Positions 34,792 to 48,421 of a stretch of 64,000 nt of DNA are shown piece by piece. A program made the translations under genes and the position numbers. How positions within the stretch are numbered: the stretch's first letter is position 1; the number at the start of each line of letters is the position of its first letter. The notes under the pieces are model-generated. The model saw nothing but the letters and a program-made list of their open reading frames with translations, had not been told where the DNA came from and did not search any database. Source of the stretch: Utricularia gibba (Eukaryota > Plantae > Magnoliophyta); contig CM007990.1 of assembly GCA_002189035.1 (NCBI GenBank), forward strand, positions 5,890,001-5,954,000, given 5' to 3'.

Positions 34792-37700
34792 ATGGGGTCA
34801 GTAAAGAGGAAGCTATCCAAGGAAGGGACTGAAGATGATGTAAATGTGAAGCATCGGAAGGAGTATAATGATGAGACAGTTGCTTGTCTTCACGATGTAT
34901 CATACCCAGAAGGATACGTTGTAGGTGGGGGAAGTTCTTGCTTGAATGATCAGCAGAAGCACGGGAAGCCTGCCAAAGAATTTCCTTTTACTCTAGACCC
35001 TTTTCAGGCAGAGGCCATCAAGTGTTTGGATGCTGGTGAATCTGTATTGGTATGCTTTTTCGAAATTTTGGCGGTAAATTTGTAAAGGTTCTTATGCAAG
35101 ACTAGATTTTTCTGATATGATGATCTTTTGGTTGAGAATTTATCCATGGAAAATTCAAATTTCCGTGAAGTGCGAAACTTTTTTACAGATTCCTGATACT
35201 CAACCATCTGAAATGATATTTAGGTCTCTGCCCATACTTCAGCTGGGAAGACAGTTGTAGCATTGTATGCTATTGCTATGTCACTTCGGAATACACAGCG
35301 TGTGGTTTATACATCCCCTATTAAGGCGCTGAGTAATCAGAAATTTAGGGAATTTAAAGAAGAGTTTTCAGATGTAGGGTTGATGACTGGTGATACTACA
35401 ATTGATCCTAATGCATCGTGCTTGGTAGGTATTGTTAACTAATTTTATGTTCTCTGTGTCGAGCCATGTGCACATTAAGTAGTGACAATCTTTCCAGGTC
35501 ATGACTACAGAGATTTGGCGCAGCATGTTGTACAAGGGATCAGAAGTTATAAGAGAGGTGGCTTGGGTTATCTTTGATGAAGTGCACTACATGCGAGATC
35601 AAGAGAGGGGTGTGGTATGGGAAGAGAGTATTGTGATGGCTCCCAAGAACTCTAGATTTGTGTTTCTCTCAGCTACCATTCCTAATGCAAGGGAATTTGC
35701 TGACTGGGTTGCTAAGGTGCGCTTGGCCCTCTGTACTATTGTTTGTTCCACTGTAGAATGATAAAGATTCACTCTGTTGACGTGACTTTCATTTTTCAGG
35801 TTCATCAGCAACCATGTCATATTGTCTATACAAACTTCAGACCAACACCTCTTCAACATTACATCTTCCCATCGGGCAGTGAGGGTCTTTATTGTGTAGT
35901 TGATGAAAAAGGGAAGTTTCGTGAGGATAGCTTTCAGAAGGCTTTGAATGTGCTTAATCCAGAAAATGGAGAGAGGAAGAAGGAGAACGAGAAATGGCAG
36001 AAAGGAGTCATACTGGGTAAACCTTCTGAAGATAGTGATATCTTTAAAATGGTGAAAATGATCAATGACCGCCAGTATGATCCTGTCATATGTTTCAGTT
36101 TCAGCAAAAGGGAATGCGAAAATCTTGCCATGCAGGTGATTCTTCTTGTGGTCATGAAATAGAAAAATGAAAAAAAATGATTTATTGATTTTTTGTTGTT
36201 TCTTGAGCACGTCAAAGCGAATGCTCTTTTGAAGGAGGAAAACACTTTCAGAACTAATCAAAGGCCTTAAATTTGCTACCTTCCATTTTTTTTTCCCTCT
36301 TGTGTCTTCACTTGAGAAGATTTTGATTATTTTGTGTCTTGGAGTTTTTTTTTATGCCAAAAGTAACTTTGTTGTATTCCTAAACAGATGTCTAAGATGG
36401 ATCTGAATACCGATGATGAGAAATCAACTGTTGAAACAATCTTTTGGTGTGCTATGGATATGCTGTCTGATGAGGATAAAATGCTGCCACAGGTAAGGAT
36501 ATTGAATGTGGCATGGCCATGTCATTAATTCATTCTCTTCAATGATTGTTTTCTTTTGCAAATTTTTAGGTCTCTAATATGCTTCCCCATTTAAAACGAG
36601 GAATTGGTGTGCATCATTCTGGTTTGCTTCCCATATTGAAGGAAGTAATTGAGATCCTATTTCAGGAAGGACTCATCAAGGTTTTCTCGATAAATTCTCT
36701 TTTTCAAACGCCTTGCACCCTTTGCTTTTGCCTCCTCTTCAGTGTCTTTTCTGACAGTTAAATTTCGTTTCCTCCTGTTAACAGTGCTTGTTTGCCACAG
36801 AGACCTTCAGTATAGGGTTGAATATGCCAGCAAAAACAGTTGTCTTTTCTAATGCTCGCAAGTTTGATGGAGACAAATTTAGGTGGATATCTAGTGGTGA
36901 ATACATACAAATGAGCGGCCGTGCCGGACGTCGTGGTATTGACGAGCGTGGGATATGTATCCTGATGGTGGACGAAAAGCTAGAGCCATCAACAGCTAAA
37001 CTGATGTTAAAGGGAAATGCTGACCCCTTAAACAGGTTATAATTTCTTTTTTCTTATCGACTACTTAGACTCATGTTTCTAAAATCAATCCTATTCCCAA
37101 TTGATTTATGAGCTAACGCCTGTGAAAAACTTGAATAGGTTTATGCAAGGTGTTTTGGGTTTAGGAAATAAGAGAACTTTTTGAATGTTCTGAACAAGAG
37201 AAATTTTGGAATGTTCACTTATTCTTTGTTTTCCTGAAATTCAGTGCATTTCACTTGAGCTACAATATGCTTCTTAACCAAATACGATCTGAAGAAGGTG
37301 ATCCGGAAAATCTTCTTCGGAACTCATTTTATCAATTCCAAGCTGACAGAGCCATTCCTGATATTGAGGTGACATACACAGTTTCGTGTACATGTTATAA
37401 CCTGTTCCCAGATGACTAATCCCAATGTCTGTCATGAACATGCAGAGACAAGTGCGTGTCCTAGAGGATGAGCGGCAGTCAATCATAATAAAAGAGGAAG
37501 ATAGCTTGGAAGATTTCTATTCATTGCTGCAACAATATAAAACTTTGAAAAAGGACATCCGAGATATCATATTCTCTCCAAAATACTGTTTACCCTTTCT
37601 GCAGCCTGGTAGGCTTGTTTCCCTCCCATTCGTGAAGGATGATGAGGATTCCTCATTCCTCAAATTCAAAGAGGATGTCACGTGGGGCATCATTATTAAG

Positions 37701-39477
37701 TTTGAGAAGGTTAAGTTAGTTGAAGGTAAGGGTTCTGAAATTACTTATAAATTTTATTAGTGTACTCATACCGGTGGCTTTTCAAACCAGATGATGCAAA
37801 TAAGAAGCCTGAAGATGCAAACTATACAGTGGATATACTCACAAGATGCCGGATAAGCAAAGACGAAGCTGCAGGAAAATCTCCTAAAATCATCCCTTTA
37901 AATGAGGCTGGGGAGCCTGCTGTTGTTACAGTACCTATTTCACAGGTAAGGCTTTAAGTTCTGTAGATTCCCTTCTAATAGTCTTTGCTTCAGTGAACCT
38001 TTCCATTTCATAGTAAAACTGAACTTCAGTTGTAAAAATTACCCTTTTAACTGATAGTCATGTTGATTGTTTTTTTGTTGGAGTATTTACAACACAAATC
38101 CTTTCCTTTTTGTCCATTACGGATGTTTTGCATCTGGGGTTATTGGACTAACGGATTTTGTTTCATGAAAGGTTGAAAATTTAAGCAGTATCCGACTGGT
38201 AATCCCAAAGGACCTTCTACCATTAAAGGCTCGGGAAAAGACATTAAGGAATCTCTCTGAAGTTCTTAATAAATTTGCAAAAGAAGGCATGCCGCTTCTA
38301 GATCCTGAAGATGACATGAAGGTATACATCTATAGCTGTTACACCTGATATCGCTAAGTGAGGCTCGATTTTAGTTTTCGTTTACATTTGGTGTTGGATT
38401 CATTATGGATGATGAACTGTTTTCAGGTGCAAAGCAGTTCTTACAAGAAAGCCTCTAGAAGGCTTGAAGCCATTGAGAACCTGTTTGAAAAGCACGAAAT
38501 TGCAAAATCCCCACAGATAGACCAACAGCTAAGGGTTCTCCACCAAAAGAAAGAAATCACAAACAAAATCAAATCTTTGAAGAGAACATTGAGGGCATCC
38601 TCTGTGTTAGCATTCAAAGATGAACTCAAGGCAAGGAAAAGAGTCCTGAGGAGAATGGGGTAAGGCACCTCTTTCATTTAAGATCTCTTTTAACAATCTT
38701 TAAATTCAGTAGGTAATCTTAGTTCAACTTGGAGATTCAATTCATAATGTTTTCTTTTGAATCATCGGGACTTGGGTAAACGATTGTTTCGTGCCAACGC
38801 TGCTTTTAAACCATCATATATATGATGAAGATCTTGAATTTATACAGGTATATCACCAAAGATGACGTTGTGGAGTTAAAGGGGAAAGTTGCTTGTGAAA
38901 TCAGCAGTGCTGATGAGCTGACGTTGACTGAGCTCATGTTTCATGGTGTGCTCAAGGAGATAAAGGTGGAGGAAATGGTGTCGCTTCTCTCCTGTTTCGT
39001 CTGGCAGGAGAAGCTCAAGGAAGCTCAAAAGCCGCGGGATGAGCTTGAGTTACTTTTAACTCAACTGCAGGACATAGCCCGAAAAGTGGCCAAGGTTCAA
39101 CTCGACTGCAAGGTAACCTGCAGACTTCGATTCCTCGTCCCGCACTGATCCACCGGATGCACGACATCATTAACTGCTCCATGCTTCTCTTATTTCAGGT
39201 ACAAACAGACGTTGAAGGTTTCGTAGCATCCTTCCGACCAGACATCATGGAAGCTGTGTACGCATGGGCAAAAGGATCAAAATTCTACGAGATAATGGAG
39301 ATGACGCCTGTTTTCGAAGGAAGCTTGATTCGGGCTATCCGGAGACTGGAAGAGCTTCTCCAACAGCTGATACAAGCAGCAAGATCTGTTGGAGAGACTG
39401 AGCTCGAGGCGAAATTTGAGGAGGGCGTCAACAAGATCAAGCGAGACATCGTCTTTGCTGCATCTCTGTATTTATGA
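34792..39477 (+). CDS. MTR4: DExH-box RNA helicase MTR4 (nucleolar exosome cofactor, DExH9)
   Basis: MGSVKRK N-terminus; [18 protein letters not shown] (motif I), DEVHYMRD (motif II), [38 protein letters not shown]; KOW/arch region; ends [14 protein letters not shown]. Confidence 0.96.
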
Positions 39478-40192
39478 TAGTAGTGTAGCGCCTGTAATAG
39501 GATCCAGGAGATTCAGCCTGTTGTAAGAATTTTCGGCAGGAATCCTTTTTCAGACATGAATTATAATTTATTTACAATTGAATTATAATTTAATATTTTT
39601 TATAAAAACATTAAAAAAGCTATTTTTAAAAGAAAGAACAAATTAATTACAATTTGAATGTTAATTTAATTGTTCACGCCATAAAAATTTTATATAAATG
39701 TTTTACGATTTTTAGATTATTTAAAACTTAAATTTAAATTTATTTATTTGTTAAGAATGAAGGGCAAAAATGGAAGAAGGGTAAAAACGGAATTCTGGAA
39801 TTTAGTCACCAATAAAATTACGGGACCGAACGATCGATTCATGGATATAGGGGTTTAGGAAGAAGGGGGGAAGAGTGTTCGTCTGGTGGTCAGATGCTTT
39901 CATGGTGCTCTATATTCTGTTCTCATGGATGTTTGCTGAATTTTTTTTTATTTTTCGTTTTTGTCTTGATATGCAGTTAAGGTTTTAGGCAATCGAGTTG
40001 TTATATACGGTTTCTTGGGTGAAGTGGAGGCATAATTGTCAGTTCAGGGGTGATACAGAAGCAAAAGTTCTACAAAATCTAGGTAATTTAGGTTTATAAC
40101 CGGAATTTTTAGGCCACATCTTTTATTCTAAGATTGTACGTTTCCTGCAATTTTCGATGTTATTTCAGAACAGTATTTTTTGGCATTCAAAT

Positions 40193-42958
40193 ATGGATGC
40201 TGGGGAAGGAGAAGAAGTCAACATTGAACAACTCACCGGAAGCCTTGCCACATACAAGGATCAGCTTCAGCAGGTTTTTGATTTTCTTTTTTCTGTAATG
40301 ATAACAATGTTCTCGAAGATTTGGGGCTTTTTTATTGGATTAAATTATTTATTGCTCGTATTGAACATCTGTTAGATTCTGTTTCAGTACTACATCGGGG
40401 ACAATGTGTTTTTTGGAGTAATGTAGGGTATTGTTGTATGAGTCTGATGTTGAATTTAATAGATTTACCTTATGTCTGTATTTTTTTGGAAAAAATCTGT
40501 TCAATTCAGCCTAAGAAGCCAAGCAAGTGTGTGTCAGCTGTTCTCATAAATTTAGTCAATGCTACTTGAAATGCAATGCAGTCTTCTAGGCGCTCATCTT
40601 TTCTCTTACATGAACTAGGTCCGCGTCCTACTGAAGGATGATGCGACGAACACTGAATACTTGGACATGGAAAAGGAACTTCTTGAGGTGATTTGCCCCG
40701 GAAAATACTCTTTCGACGCCCCTTTTATTGCAGTTTTTCCTTTTAGTGTAAAGAATAAACTTTTCCAGAGCTATTTCGATATTCCCGTGATTTTGTGAAT
40801 ATGAGCTGTAAGAGCGATCTTTGGATTTCCTATTTGGCTACAGGTATTAATGCTCACATGCAGTTACCTGATTATTTTACGTAGTTTGTAAAGTAATTTA
40901 TTGCTCATACGAGCTGGTTCAAGGAAACCACCTATGGAGGAAAGACATTTCTTTCGCTTTTTGCTAAGGTGATGTATGTCAACAGAATGTGAACACATGG
41001 TCTCGAAAAGTGAAGGAATTTTTAATTTTTAGTGATTCTGGGGGATTGCAAAGGTGTCCATCATTTGTCTGCTGGCTGCATTGTAGGTCTGCTCTGTGGT
41101 GATGGCCAACTTGCTGTATGTCGTGATTTTCAGATATCACTATGGATTGGAGTTCATTTTCCCCCACTCTTCTTCAAATGGATTGATTTATGGATGATTT
41201 CATGTCTTAAATCTCATACTGTCTCGATGTTTCAGGTTATAGAATTGACTGAGGAGCTTTTGGCTACAGCAAAACAAAGTGAAGGAGGAAGTTCTGGACC
41301 TGCTACTAGTGAAGCGTCTTTGAATGCACGCTTTTCTGGGAGCTCGTCTGCTGTGGTCAGCTACTCACCTAATTTATTTCTTTCCCCTATCCATTATTTT
41401 TGAAATCTGACGCAGCAGTTTTTTTCACGTGGAGATTTTATTAATAATTTTGGAACTATTTTATGGGATCTAAACAGACTGCGTTTTCATGCCTTCATGA
41501 CTCTTTAAATTTCTTAGAACACTATTAACACGTATTCGATATTTCCCAACTTAAACATTAATTTTTAACTTCCCCTGCGCTTGTGATGGAATCAGTGAGG
41601 AAATATATTGGTCTGCATGAACCCAAAGCCTAATATATGCTGTGTGGATTTTTTAAAACTGGGATCGCCCTGTACATGGTAAAATGCATTCTCACCGAAT
41701 GCTTGGTTGACATCTTCAGTGTTGTAGTAATATCTTTTATAAATTTTCATGTATGATATGCAAATCAACACTTGTTTTCATTTTCTTCCCGTCAGCTAGA
41801 TTTTAAAACTTGTGTTTCAGTTGTCTTTGTCGTGCTAGTCAGTTCCTACACAACATCCAATGTTCCTGTTCATGATTTACGTGACTTCTATTGTAGTACT
41901 AAAGGAATGCCTTTGTTTTTCAAATTTGCAGCTGTCTAAGGAAACTTCTAAAAATGGCGCGATATTCCCAGTTGGGACCAAAGTCGAGGCACGCTGGAGT
42001 GGAAATGGAGAATGGTACGTAAAATGTTTTCTGATAAAAAAATGTTATGTGTTTGCATGCAAAAAACATGAGTTCCTTTTACCTCTTTCCCCTCTTGTTT
42101 TGGTTGATTTAGTTGATTATTCAGGTTTGGAGCAACGATCGAAGCAGTTACTCCAAATGGATATTATGTTTGCTACGAAGGATATGGCAACAGAGAAGTG
42201 GTGTGTGTCTCTTGTTTTTCTTTTTTTTTAATCTGGAAAAGTTCTTTGAGATTCACCTCCTTGCTGCTTCATGTATTTGATATTCAATTCTAGGTGGACA
42301 CTTCTAATGTGAGACCAACTGAAAATGCTGCTGATCCTCTGGTTGAAGCCGAAAGAATAGCTGTGGCCACAAAGGAGGCCCTCAAACGTAAGATTGCTCA
42401 AGCTGCATCTCAAGACTTTGAAGCCTGGACTATTCCACAAAAGCTGAAAATTGAACCCAATGATCCAGAGGATGTGGTGGGTTCCCTTTCACCTACACCC
42501 ACCATAATGGATGCATATCATGAACCTACACTTTCACCCCCTTTCAGTGTGGCGTGGTCCCTAATTTTTTTTCATTTTCTGGTTTCAGAAAGCTGCAAAG
42601 CGGAAGAAACTGCATGCATTCAAATCAAAGATGCGGATGGAAGCTAAAGAAGCCACACAGAACAAGAGACAAAACGCCTGGCAGCAGTTCCAAACGACCA
42701 AAGGCAGTGCTAAGAAGGCAAGTTGTCCATGCCTCGTTTTTGTTGTTTCATGTACGATCCTGATTCCAGTCCAAATGCTACATGATCCTCTAGATCGGTT
42801 TCTTCTCTGGGCGAAAACGGGAGAGCATATTCAAATCCCCCGATGATCCGTTCGGCAAAGTCGGGGTGACCGGAAGCGGCAAGGGCCTGACCGAGTTCCA
42901 GAAACGAGAAAAGCATCTGCATCTCAAGGGCGCAAACATGGAGGGTGCAGATGATTGA
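40193..42958 (+). CDS. SPF30: Survival of motor neuron-related splicing factor 30 (Tudor domain)
   Basis: IEQLTGSLATYKDQLQQ|VR..EYLDMEKELLE|VIELTEELL, Tudor FPVGTKVEARWSGNGEW..ATIEAVTPNGYYVCYEGYGN, KLKIEPNDPEDV, NKRQNAWQQF, RESIFKSPDDPFGKVGVTGSGKG. Confidence 0.94.
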
Positions 42959-43248
42959 ACAAGACACTCTCCATGGCTTGCTGTTCAGTTGTGTTTCTGA
43001 AGGGAAGGGTTATAAACGTCATTTCAACTTTTAAACATTCAGATTTCGTTGTAGTTTTTGTTATGCAAGAGCAAACTGTTCTTTTCTGTTTCGGTAGTTA
43101 TAATTATTTATTTAATAAATCGGAAAAAACACGAAACCTAATTTTTATTTAAATTAAATGGTTTACAAAGGTTGGATGGTTTTTATCTCTTTTTATTTTC
43201 TCTGTATTTGCGCTCGCCCGAACGGACGGCACAGTAGGCTAGAGTAGA

Positions 43249-45865
43249 ATGCTCTCCGCCGTCCAAACGCCGCGCCTCCTCCGCGTCAGGTGCATCCACT
43301 CGCCGGCAATTACTTGCTCCGGACAGTCTCAGTCGCCGCATTCCCAAATTCTCACCACGCGAAAGTCCCTTTTATCAGGGGAAGCTTCTGCCGCCGAAAT
43401 AGCAAAGTCATTCTGCGATCGTCTCCGTCGCATTGAACCGCAGCTCAGCAGTTTCCTTCATGTTTCTCCCTATGAAGCTGTTTTGAAACAGGCGGAGGTG
43501 TTGGATAACAAGATTAAGAGCGGGGAAGATGTTGGTCCGCTGGCAGGGGTTTTGGTCGCTGTGAAGGATAATATTTGCACAGTTGGCATGCCTTCAACTG
43601 CGGGATCCAAGATTCTGGAAAACTATAGGCCACCATTTGATGCTACAGCTGTGGCTAAATTGAGGAAAAGTGGTGCTATTCTAATTGGGAAGACCAATTT
43701 AGATGAGTTTGGGATGGGAAGTACCACTGAAGGCTCTGCATATCAAGTTAGTACATTTTCACTCCTTATTAATCCATTTTTTTTATTCCAGATTGACGGA
43801 TGGATCTTGGTATTGTTAGGTGACTTCTAATCCTTGGGACATATCAAGGGTGCCAGGTGGGTCATCTGGGGGCTCAGCTGCAGCGGTTTCTGCTAGGCAG
43901 TGTATGGTGGGATTGGGAAGTGATACTGGAGGAAGCGTTAGGCAGCCTGCGTCTTTTTGTGGTGTTGTTGGGTTGAAGCCGACATATGGGCGTGTCTCAA
44001 GATACGGACTTGTTGCTTATGCCTCATCATTAGATGTAATTGGATGCCTGGCGCCATCTGTTGCTGATGCGGGGATTCTTTTACATGCAATTTCTGGGCC
44101 TGATAAACTGGATGCAACAAGTGCCAAGCGGGTAATATCCTGATCCCTGCTGAATTCATGAAATATATTGACAATCTGAAAGATGAATTACTGTTGTTTC
44201 ACTGTTACACGGGCGTGATCAGTTATGCTATTTTACTAAAACCATCATCTACCAGTTCAATGTAATATTTTTCAGAAATATGTCTTAATCTTATTAACAG
44301 CACATCTCAGGAAGTGCCTGACTTTGAGTCCCATTTCATTGCAAAAGATTCCTTTGCATCTAAGCCCCTTAAAGGCTTGAGAGTTGGTGTTATTCGTGAA
44401 ACCCTTGAAGATGGAGTTGATTCATCTGTAGTATCTTCAGTTCAGGGTGCGATTTCACATTTGGAAGAACTTGGATGCATTGTATCGGAGGTCAGTTTTC
44501 AATCTTTTCTGTAGTATCCTTTCAGCTGTAGTATCCTCGATTTCATTTGATCATCAATTGTTTAACGTTGATATAGGTATCTTTGCCATCCTTTTCCCTT
44601 GGATTGCCAGCGTACTATGTACTTGCTTCCTCAGAAGCATCTTCTAACTTGTCTCGCTACGATGGTGTTAGGTTGTGACCATTCTATTTATTTCTGTGTT
44701 ATAGGACATGTGCTTTTCCTGCACACCTTAGATCACGTGTTGTGAATATGTTCTTACTAACCATGTTTTTGTATGCGTGGAATTTCAGAATTTGAATGGA
44801 GATATTATATGCTTTCATTCTAACACTGTATTCTGTACTTTTTCAGGTACGGAAACCAAGCTTTTGAAGATGACATTAATTCTCTTTATGGGAATTCACG
44901 TGCTCAGGGGTTCGGTCCTGAGGTATGGAAGTCCATTCTTTTCTCCTTCCCATGTGAATCCATTTTATCCATGGTACTCTGCCATGAAAGACTATCATTT
45001 GCAGGTTAAAAGAAGAATTCTTATGGGTACATATGCACTTTCGGCTGGTTACTACGATGCATATTACAAACGTGCACAACAGGTTTAAAAGATGGCTTCT
45101 TCTTATTTCCTTCATTTTATGCACTGCTTCAATAACACTTTTTTCAGGTTAGAACATTAATCCAAGACAGTTTCAAAAACGCATTGAGCCAAAACGATAT
45201 TTTGGTATCTCCAGCTGCTCCATCTGCTGCTTATAAGATTGGTAAGAAGCTACACCGTTCTACTTCTCTTATACTATGTCGTTTCTTGTGAGAAAGAATC
45301 CGCAGAAACGATAACCAAAGGCCTGCCCACCTGTAATCATAGGAAAAAAAACTTTGACATTTTCATACTATGTGGGACTGACAGTGTATAGATTTTTAAC
45401 GTGCTGCATCTGTTTTTTTTACATTTGCTTTGAAAACGTTCCTGTATTTGCAGGAGAAAAGAAAAATGATCCATTGGCCATGTATGCCGGGGATATCATG
45501 ACGGTTAGTTCTCAACACAAACTCTTCCATTTCCTCTCGGTCACCTTGCTTTAATGTCAGCATAAAACCTGTTTTTAACCTGATGCAGGTTAATGTGAAT
45601 CTTGCTGGGTTGCCTGCGCTAGTTGTACCATGCGGGTTTGCTGAAGGGGGTTCTGTTGGCCTCCCCGTTGGGTTCCAAATGATTGGAGCCGCATTCGATG
45701 AGGTGGCATCCGCATTCTTTCTTTCTGTTTGTCAGTGTTGTGTTGTTGACGCCCCTTGTCTTGGTGCAGGAGAAGTTGTTAAAAGTAGGCCATATTTTCG
45801 AACAGACTCTTGAAGGCGACTCTTTCTTGCCGCCGATCGTAGCTGCTGGACTACACGACGCCTGA
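43249..45865 (+). CDS. GATA: Glutamyl-tRNA(Gln) amidotransferase subunit A, organellar
   Basis: Transit peptide; [31 protein letters not shown], amidase signature [67 protein letters not shown]; ten exons. Confidence 0.97.
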
Positions 45866-46143
45866 AGGGTTCACTTACACCGGAAGCAGACAGCTTATTA
45901 AAAAAACTCTTGAAGAATTCAGTTTATTGATTTAACTTACATCGTGTAACGAATAATGATTCGATTTTTTTAAAATATATATATAATTAAATTATAACTT
46001 AATTTTTATCATGATTTAAATCAATTTAATGGTGATTAGATTATAATTTTTATAGAATAAAAGTCTGTTGTGGGTCCTCATTCACAAACAAGTTTTGTCA
46101 CAAAAATGCACAAACAGATTACCAAAACTTTCCACGGGTGGGA

Positions 46144-47338
46144 TCATATGATGGCGAATATAAGGAACCCCACAGAGACATACATGAGGAAGACCGGATA
46201 AAGAGCCAGAGCTTTCCTCTGGGGATTCACAGCGCTGCTCATGAACGGGTATGCTGCCCATGAACTCCATGCCAGCGTGAAACCTACCACGACAAGTTTT
46301 ACGATTACGTTGTCGATTAGGACGCAGATCAGGGAACCAACATCCAGGGGAATAGACAATATCCCAGAAGGCTCAGGCTCTGGAAGAAGATGATATGCCC
46401 ACCCTACAAAAGAAACCAATAATCGATTACCTTTGATGCATGAAGTGTGACAGGGTGAGGCGGGGGGTAAGAGATGGAGGGAATTACCAGCAGCAGGACG
46501 TTCAATGTAAGAATGACAGCTCCAGTTGCAAGCAGCGCAAAGGCAACTGCAAAGACTTCCGACTGCAGGAACCATAAAGCGTCATTATTGAAAGGAAACC
46601 GAACAAGATTTTGCGACAGAACATTCAGAACTTTGGATGGCCTTTCAAGTTTCAACTCAGGTCTTCACCTATGGGATCACTGTGTGAGGTAGCAGATTGG
46701 AAGGGTTGAAATAAACAGTACATAATAAAGACATATCTCATTTCCTCGGGATATAGGTAGCAGAATGTGAAGCACAAATACAACACCCTTTAACAGTGGA
46801 AACATGATCACCCTGAAGAAGAAGAGAACAATACCTTTTTCACTGAGGCAGACCATGAGAGAGTAAGGCCGAGGAAAACAATGAAGAAAAAGGGACCCCA
46901 CAGATCCCAATCCCTCAGGGCCTTCCCGGGATCTTCCCTGAAAGGATTAGGGAAAACAACAAGCTTCAAATTGCTAATGATCCTGGATAAATCTCTCTTC
47001 ACAGTGTCCCACACAGGCTCTGTCAGTGTATTCGGGCTGGAGCCAAAACCCGATCCAGCAATACCACTGCTGCTTATCGATCCCGACGGGGGGACATGGG
47101 GCATAGAGGCACTGACAGAAGGAACTGGGGTGGGTTTGGGTGCCACTGGAGGTGGAAGACTCGAAGGAACAGAGTATTGGGGTGGCGGTGGATGGGAAGA
47201 GACGGGTATGGAGGCACGGACGGGAGATGGGGGCCGGGCTGGGAGAACGGCGGGTTGGGAACTGATAAGGTTCTCGATCTCATCTATGTCAGATTGGGAG
47301 CTTGCATGCAGCGGGATGGTGTCACTGTAGGCAGCCAT
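46144..47338 (-). CDS. YIP1-domain Rab-interacting membrane protein (YIP4/YIPF6-like); one apparent 1-nt frameshift
   Basis: [71 protein letters not shown]|[25 protein letters not shown]|[45 protein letters not shown]. Confidence 0.94.
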
Positions 47339-48421
47339 TCTATCTATTCAAATCACAGCCTCACGTCAAGGCTCATATGCATATGACTGGCGACAGAGCA
47401 AAGCTGCGTAAATACCAAGAACATAATAAGAACAGTAATACGACATCGCCAAAATTATCAACTCAATTGACAAGTTTCCATTCAAAAGCTCAGAAAAAAA
47501 GAAGGGTACGCGTAAAATCCCAAAATAGGTCGATAATGGCAATTAGCCCAAACAAGATCGTCAACCCGCGATCTACAAGAAAAAACCCAGAACATCACAC
47601 TGCCTAGAACAAGTTGCGCAATCTAAAGCATCTCGGGTGTACGTCATTCCGATAGGCTACAAAATCATGAAATGAACAAGACGCACAAATAACAACGACA
47701 GAACTAAACGGATTAAGAATGAAATCCAGAGCAGTCCCTTCGCATGAATTTAAGAAGCATGCATTTCTTAATGTTTTGTGTAACAGCAATTACACTTATT
47801 GCGGTGAAATTCTAGATCTGAAGCACAGAAGCGAAGACCAGATCCGACATCTAGAGTACAATAAACAAAAACACGCGGTATACCTGAATCCAGATCAAAA
47901 TTAACGAAAAAAACGTTACGAAAACAGAAACTCGAAGAAAACGGAACCTACGCATCGAAGTGAAGCAGTTAAATCACCTGAGGAGAAAGAACACGTTGAG
48001 CGCGATGTTCAATTCCAACTGCCAAAAACAGTAGATGAATTCAGGCATCTAAAGGCCCGAAACCTAATTTTAATTATTTCAGCCCGGATCACCGACCCTT
48101 TCAAAGCCTGCTTAAATCCATTTTTTTTATTTTAATAATAATTTTATTATTAAATTAAAATTCATTCTCACAAAATAATTTTCGAAAAATAAAATCTAAA
48201 CTTCTCCTTCTATTGCAGTGAGAGCTGAATGAAACTATAGAAATTGGTTGAAGATTACAGAGTGCAGCAGTGAATGAGAAAGCTGCTCATGTTACATTCA
48301 TCACCATCTTCAGTTTTACAGGTAAACCAACCAAACCAGAACCAACAACCACCAGCCACCAGCGCCACAAACTCTCTCCCTGGAGCAGAAAGAACAAGAC
48401 ACTGTATATACCTTGGTGCCC

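Noticed and set aside
35599-36261. 220-aa minus-strand ORF inside MTR4
   Set aside because: Antisense shadow spanning exon and intron sequence, with no homology cues.
46881-47386. Gly-rich + strand ORFs opposite YIP exon 1
   Set aside because: Antisense to a Pro-rich coding exon; a compositional artefact.
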